From Pavona decussata (Eukaryota), in contig CDRNST010000166.1 of NCBI GenBank assembly GCA_977016875.1, forward strand, positions 2,046,001 to 2,110,000: 64,000 bases of DNA. Reading direction: 5' to 3'. The translations under genes and the position numbers were made by a program. Positions 60,171 through 64,000 of the stretch are shown piece by piece. The notes beneath the pieces are model-generated. The model made no database searches. It saw only the letters and a program-made list of their open reading frames with translations, and had not been told where the DNA came from. Every line of letters begins with the position of its first letter. Position 1 is the first letter of the stretch.

Positions 60171-63100
60171 AATGCCTTTAGTAACACTCCCTATCCAAGG
60201 AGCGGGGTTTTTTTAAACCATATCCAGCGATTTTGAAAGCAAAATTTGAGAATCTTGTCCAGTTCAAAAACCAATGCATTTTATGGGCCTCAGCAAAGAT
60301 GACAGCCTAGTGAGGTTACCAGTATACAGTGGCTCGCGCCAAGGCATGACCTTTCTATTGTTGGAGCGACGAATGAAATAGATACTCAGCAAGAGTAAAC
60401 ATATTTATTTTTTCATAATCATTTGCGCCCTGTGTCAAAACGATCCACCGTTTGCTTGCAAGAATATTTGTAGGGCGGGTAAAATCCTTTTCAATGTTCC
60501 AAAGTTCCCAAAATAAACCTTGCCGACATAGTGGTCAAAGGCCTCCATCCGCTCATTTACTCATTGATTCAGTCACCATTCGTGTTACAGCAAAGTGCAC
60601 CAATTGTTTACGTATTTGGCTTCGGTGCTATAAACTTTCTTTTTTATTAGTAGACGATAACGTATGAAGTCGAAATTCCAACGGTGTGTCGCAGCTTGCG
60701 ATGTGTCAAATATGAAACCTTAAAGACCAGAGCTTGTCGGTAAAACGGGTTTAACATTACACTCTTCCAATAATCAATTACATTTCATCAACTGCACCGC
60801 ATTCATCATCTGCCAAGTATTCTTCTTAGTAGGTTAACTTCTCACCGGACATCCCTGCATTGTTAAAACCCGGAGTCATAATCAATTCCCTTGCCAACCA
60901 TTTCAGCACAAACAAAACAAATGTTTTAATATAGTTAGTGATTTTAGTTTACATAGTGTATTTAACATATCCTATTTTGCTTATATCTTTAAGCCTCTAC
61001 GAAACAGCAACTGATTGTGTTTGCATTCAGTCTATTTACCAACGCCAGCGCCGGTAGGTTTTGGCACGCTATTTATCAATGCACTGCTGTGTTGTTCAAA
61101 GACAGAAAACGCTAGAACAGCCAGCTTCCAAAGTCCTACCGTCTGAGGGGTATTTAGAATACCTAAAGACGGATGTGATTTAATATATGTACAATGAAAG
61201 CAATAATTATAACTAACATCTATTTTGCTTGCTTTTATTTAATAACTGACAACGTGGCGTAATAACCTCCATTAGACTATAGGAAAGTTAAAGGAGTTTA
61301 CTTCTGTTTGAAATGTGAAATTGGTGTCCCACATGCTTGATAAATGCTTCATAGTCAAAAGCGTGGTTAGACCACAGATGGCTCAGACACACACTGTTAA
61401 CCTATTTGCCAAGGTATTCATGATGCTATTAATGGCGTTGAAGAGTTGAAAAGTGGATGAATGAATCTTGGCTGGGGTTTAAATAAAACCATGCATTATG
61501 GCAGTGACATGAAAATTGACAGCAAAACATTTCCACGAGGAGAAGTAATTTCTGTAATTCACGAAGTATTTTTTCCAGAATGATCAACGTCTACTTTCAA
61601 AGAACCGCTTGTAGTAAGCGGCCTATCAAGTCCATGTGGTCGTCAAACAATCTATCGCCATCTTAACTAAACATAATACATACCGGTCGCACGAGCGCCT
61701 TCATGACTTGAGCCTACCACGTGCACGGTTCAAAGGCCATGAATTGCTCTATAAGTACCTATCACAGTACGTTTTTTGGCAGAATTCACCCATTTAATAT
61801 CGATTAGCATCCCGGCTGAGCTTGTACTTAAAACCCATAAGCAGGCATAATCCCAAGTCTGCGGTTTCCTTGTTGTTGCAGCATTTCAAGTTTAGATTAA
61901 AGATTGGAGCTCTCATTCGACGAAGAAAAACAGGAATTGTCTAAAATAGAATGCCTAAAGAACTCCTTCAAGGTATCTTTATGGCACGCAATCACGCGAG
62001 GGAGGGAAAGAGAATCCACACTATTATTTTACAAGTATACTGATTCACCGTTCGCTAAGTATTTGTGCAAAACAGGCAATTCCGTACCGGTTAAAATTAA
62101 CACAGGACTTTCATCTGTTATTAAAAATCTTTCCCGCTTTTAAGGAAAATCTGCAGACATTGATGGTCCGACTTGTACTATACGTTCATCTGATGTACAG
62201 ATTACGTTCAAAGAAAAAGTGCGAGCTATTGCATTAAGATCAAAAGCCATGAAAAACGAAGAAAGCTGAAGTAAAGCCTGTAACAGCCCAAAATATGTCG
62301 ACCGCCGATTGCATCCATTACTTTATAAAATTCAATAATCATTCAATTAAACCCTGCCGGCCACAGAACTGTATTAACATTGTTGGTTACCCTATATTTA
62401 ATGGAAGGTGCTGTATTTAAGACACCGTAAAGAAACATCGATGCCCTTGTGCACAATAGCTAAAGTTGATTATCAAATTTGCACTAAAAGAACAAAGTGC
62501 TAATAAATGTATGAACTATGACTACAGGAGTTCCTGCTGATAAGTAACGTTAGTAAGGAAATGGGAAAACCAAACTTGGACGCGAGTCAAAGACGAACGC
62601 TTTTACAGGTCACAGTCTTACCACACAAGGTTAAGTAGTTATTAGTTAAACAGGCTGACTCAAATCACTCAATTTCCTAGCTGGGTGTGTAATACAGGTT
62701 TTTCCAGTGGCGTAAAGACGTCACTTGAGATATTTCCAAGTTTACCACTTTAAGATTATGCAGCCAATTCAAAATTACCTCCAGACAAAAACGTCAAGAA
62801 ATCGAATCAAATAATCATAATTTATATTACTAGACTTCTTATTGACAGGAAATAGTCTATATTTGCCGGATTTACTTCTTAACAGAGTGCAATCTGTCTA
62901 AAACCACATCTTAAACCTGTGAAAGGAAATCCACAGGATTTTGCTGTCTCCCTTTCCATGCATTTCAGTCCAAAAGTCCAAACTTAGTCCCGGTCTGTTG
63001 TACAGAAATCTAGCAACCCTTTGAGCCTTGAAAGGTTACTCTAGCTTTCTTCACAAAAATCATACATTTATTTCTTGCTAAGTTTTGGATTAATTGGAAT

Positions 63101-64000
63101 TTGAAGGTTAATTAACCACACGGCCACTTTCTGAGTCAAACGTGATAAAATGATAAAAATTGCACAATGACATATACCATTGTGTAATATAATGTACCAC
63201 TGTGTATGTAGTCGTTCGGTGAACAAAATCCTCGAGTGTCATCATATAAATGAAAGTAAATGAGCAGGTCCGGTTTATTAATTATGATGCACAAGGTGAA
63301 TAAGGTGAACTTTTGAAAAAATTTTCGAAGAAATTGTCAAGTGTGGCCACTCAAGTGAAAGTTCCCCAGCAGCACTTTCTATTGGTGTCGCCGATTCTTT
63401 GACAGCAGATTTTTGAAAGCAACAATGGTCCATTTTCAAAATATTGGCACGAATAGACTCAGCACTGTCTCAGTTTCTGTTTTTCTTTGTTGAAATTATA
63501 CCTCCCAGTGTTTAACCTTCCTTGCTTATTTGCTTGTCTAAAACAAACATAAAAAGTGGGGAGAAAATTTACAGAATGACATTTTTTCAAAATCTTGGAT
63601 GCAAATAGTCAATTCGACACACTATACGTTCAACTTCGTGTCTTCAATAACTTTTCAAATACTATTAGTCTTAAAATGGTTTAGTAAATGCCAAGGTGTG
63701 GCCTTTTGAGAGTGAATCTGATTGGTTGTTTTGTCACTGATTATTGGCTGATATAAAATGATTGCGCCCGTTATCGTCTTGAAAAGGGAAATGTATTTTA
63801 ACATGACTGCAAATACCACTCAAATGTAGATAAATATCATTGTTATCGACTGTAATTGGTTAGTTTTCTACAATGCAAACTTGAATACTCGGTATCTGCG
63901 TTTTCTATCAAACGGAAAGAAAGAGTACATCCGTTAACTATGCAGTATTCGCTACTAGAAAATGTGGCTTCCCACTTCAGGGCATACCTCATTTTGCACC

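Noticed and set aside
53000-64000. Short ORFs of 60-80 aa in the upstream region
   Set aside because: No recognisable motifs or splice-consistent chains; compatible with chance ORFs.

Overview
AT-rich animal genomic DNA. The repeat complement looks like that of a scleractinian coral or other cnidarian (inference from recalled repeat families, not a search). About 52 kb (629-52655, minus strand) holds one multi-exon gene, which I reconstructed by hand from GT/AG junctions into 56 in-frame coding exons (13,176 nt, about 4,391 aa if all are used). The frame is an L1CAM/neuroglian-family adhesion receptor: signal peptide, Ig1-6, five FN3 domains with a furin site in FN3-3, a 'WFI' TM segment and a 'DSLDEY..FAEDGSFIG' tail. 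The unusual part is that Ig5 is present twice (44653-44937 and 10491-10772), with 36 intact phase-1/phase-1 exons between the copies. These exons are 246 nt (one is 243 nt) and encode compact, sequon-rich Ig domains; one divergent 261-nt Ig exon follows them. Twenty-four of the 36 form a 4-exon super-repeat copied six times. The locus can therefore encode a normal ~1,260-aa L1, a giant 44-Ig form, or any in-frame subset (Dscam-like choice or titin-like length tuning); the DNA alone cannot say which are made. The tail has lost the FIGQY tyrosine and carries an ITIM-consensus motif. Introns contain MITEs, SINEs, LINE remnants, a minisatellite, a decayed hammerhead-like motif, a pseudo-exon and two assembly gaps. 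From 52.7 kb to 64 kb I found no supportable coding sequence.
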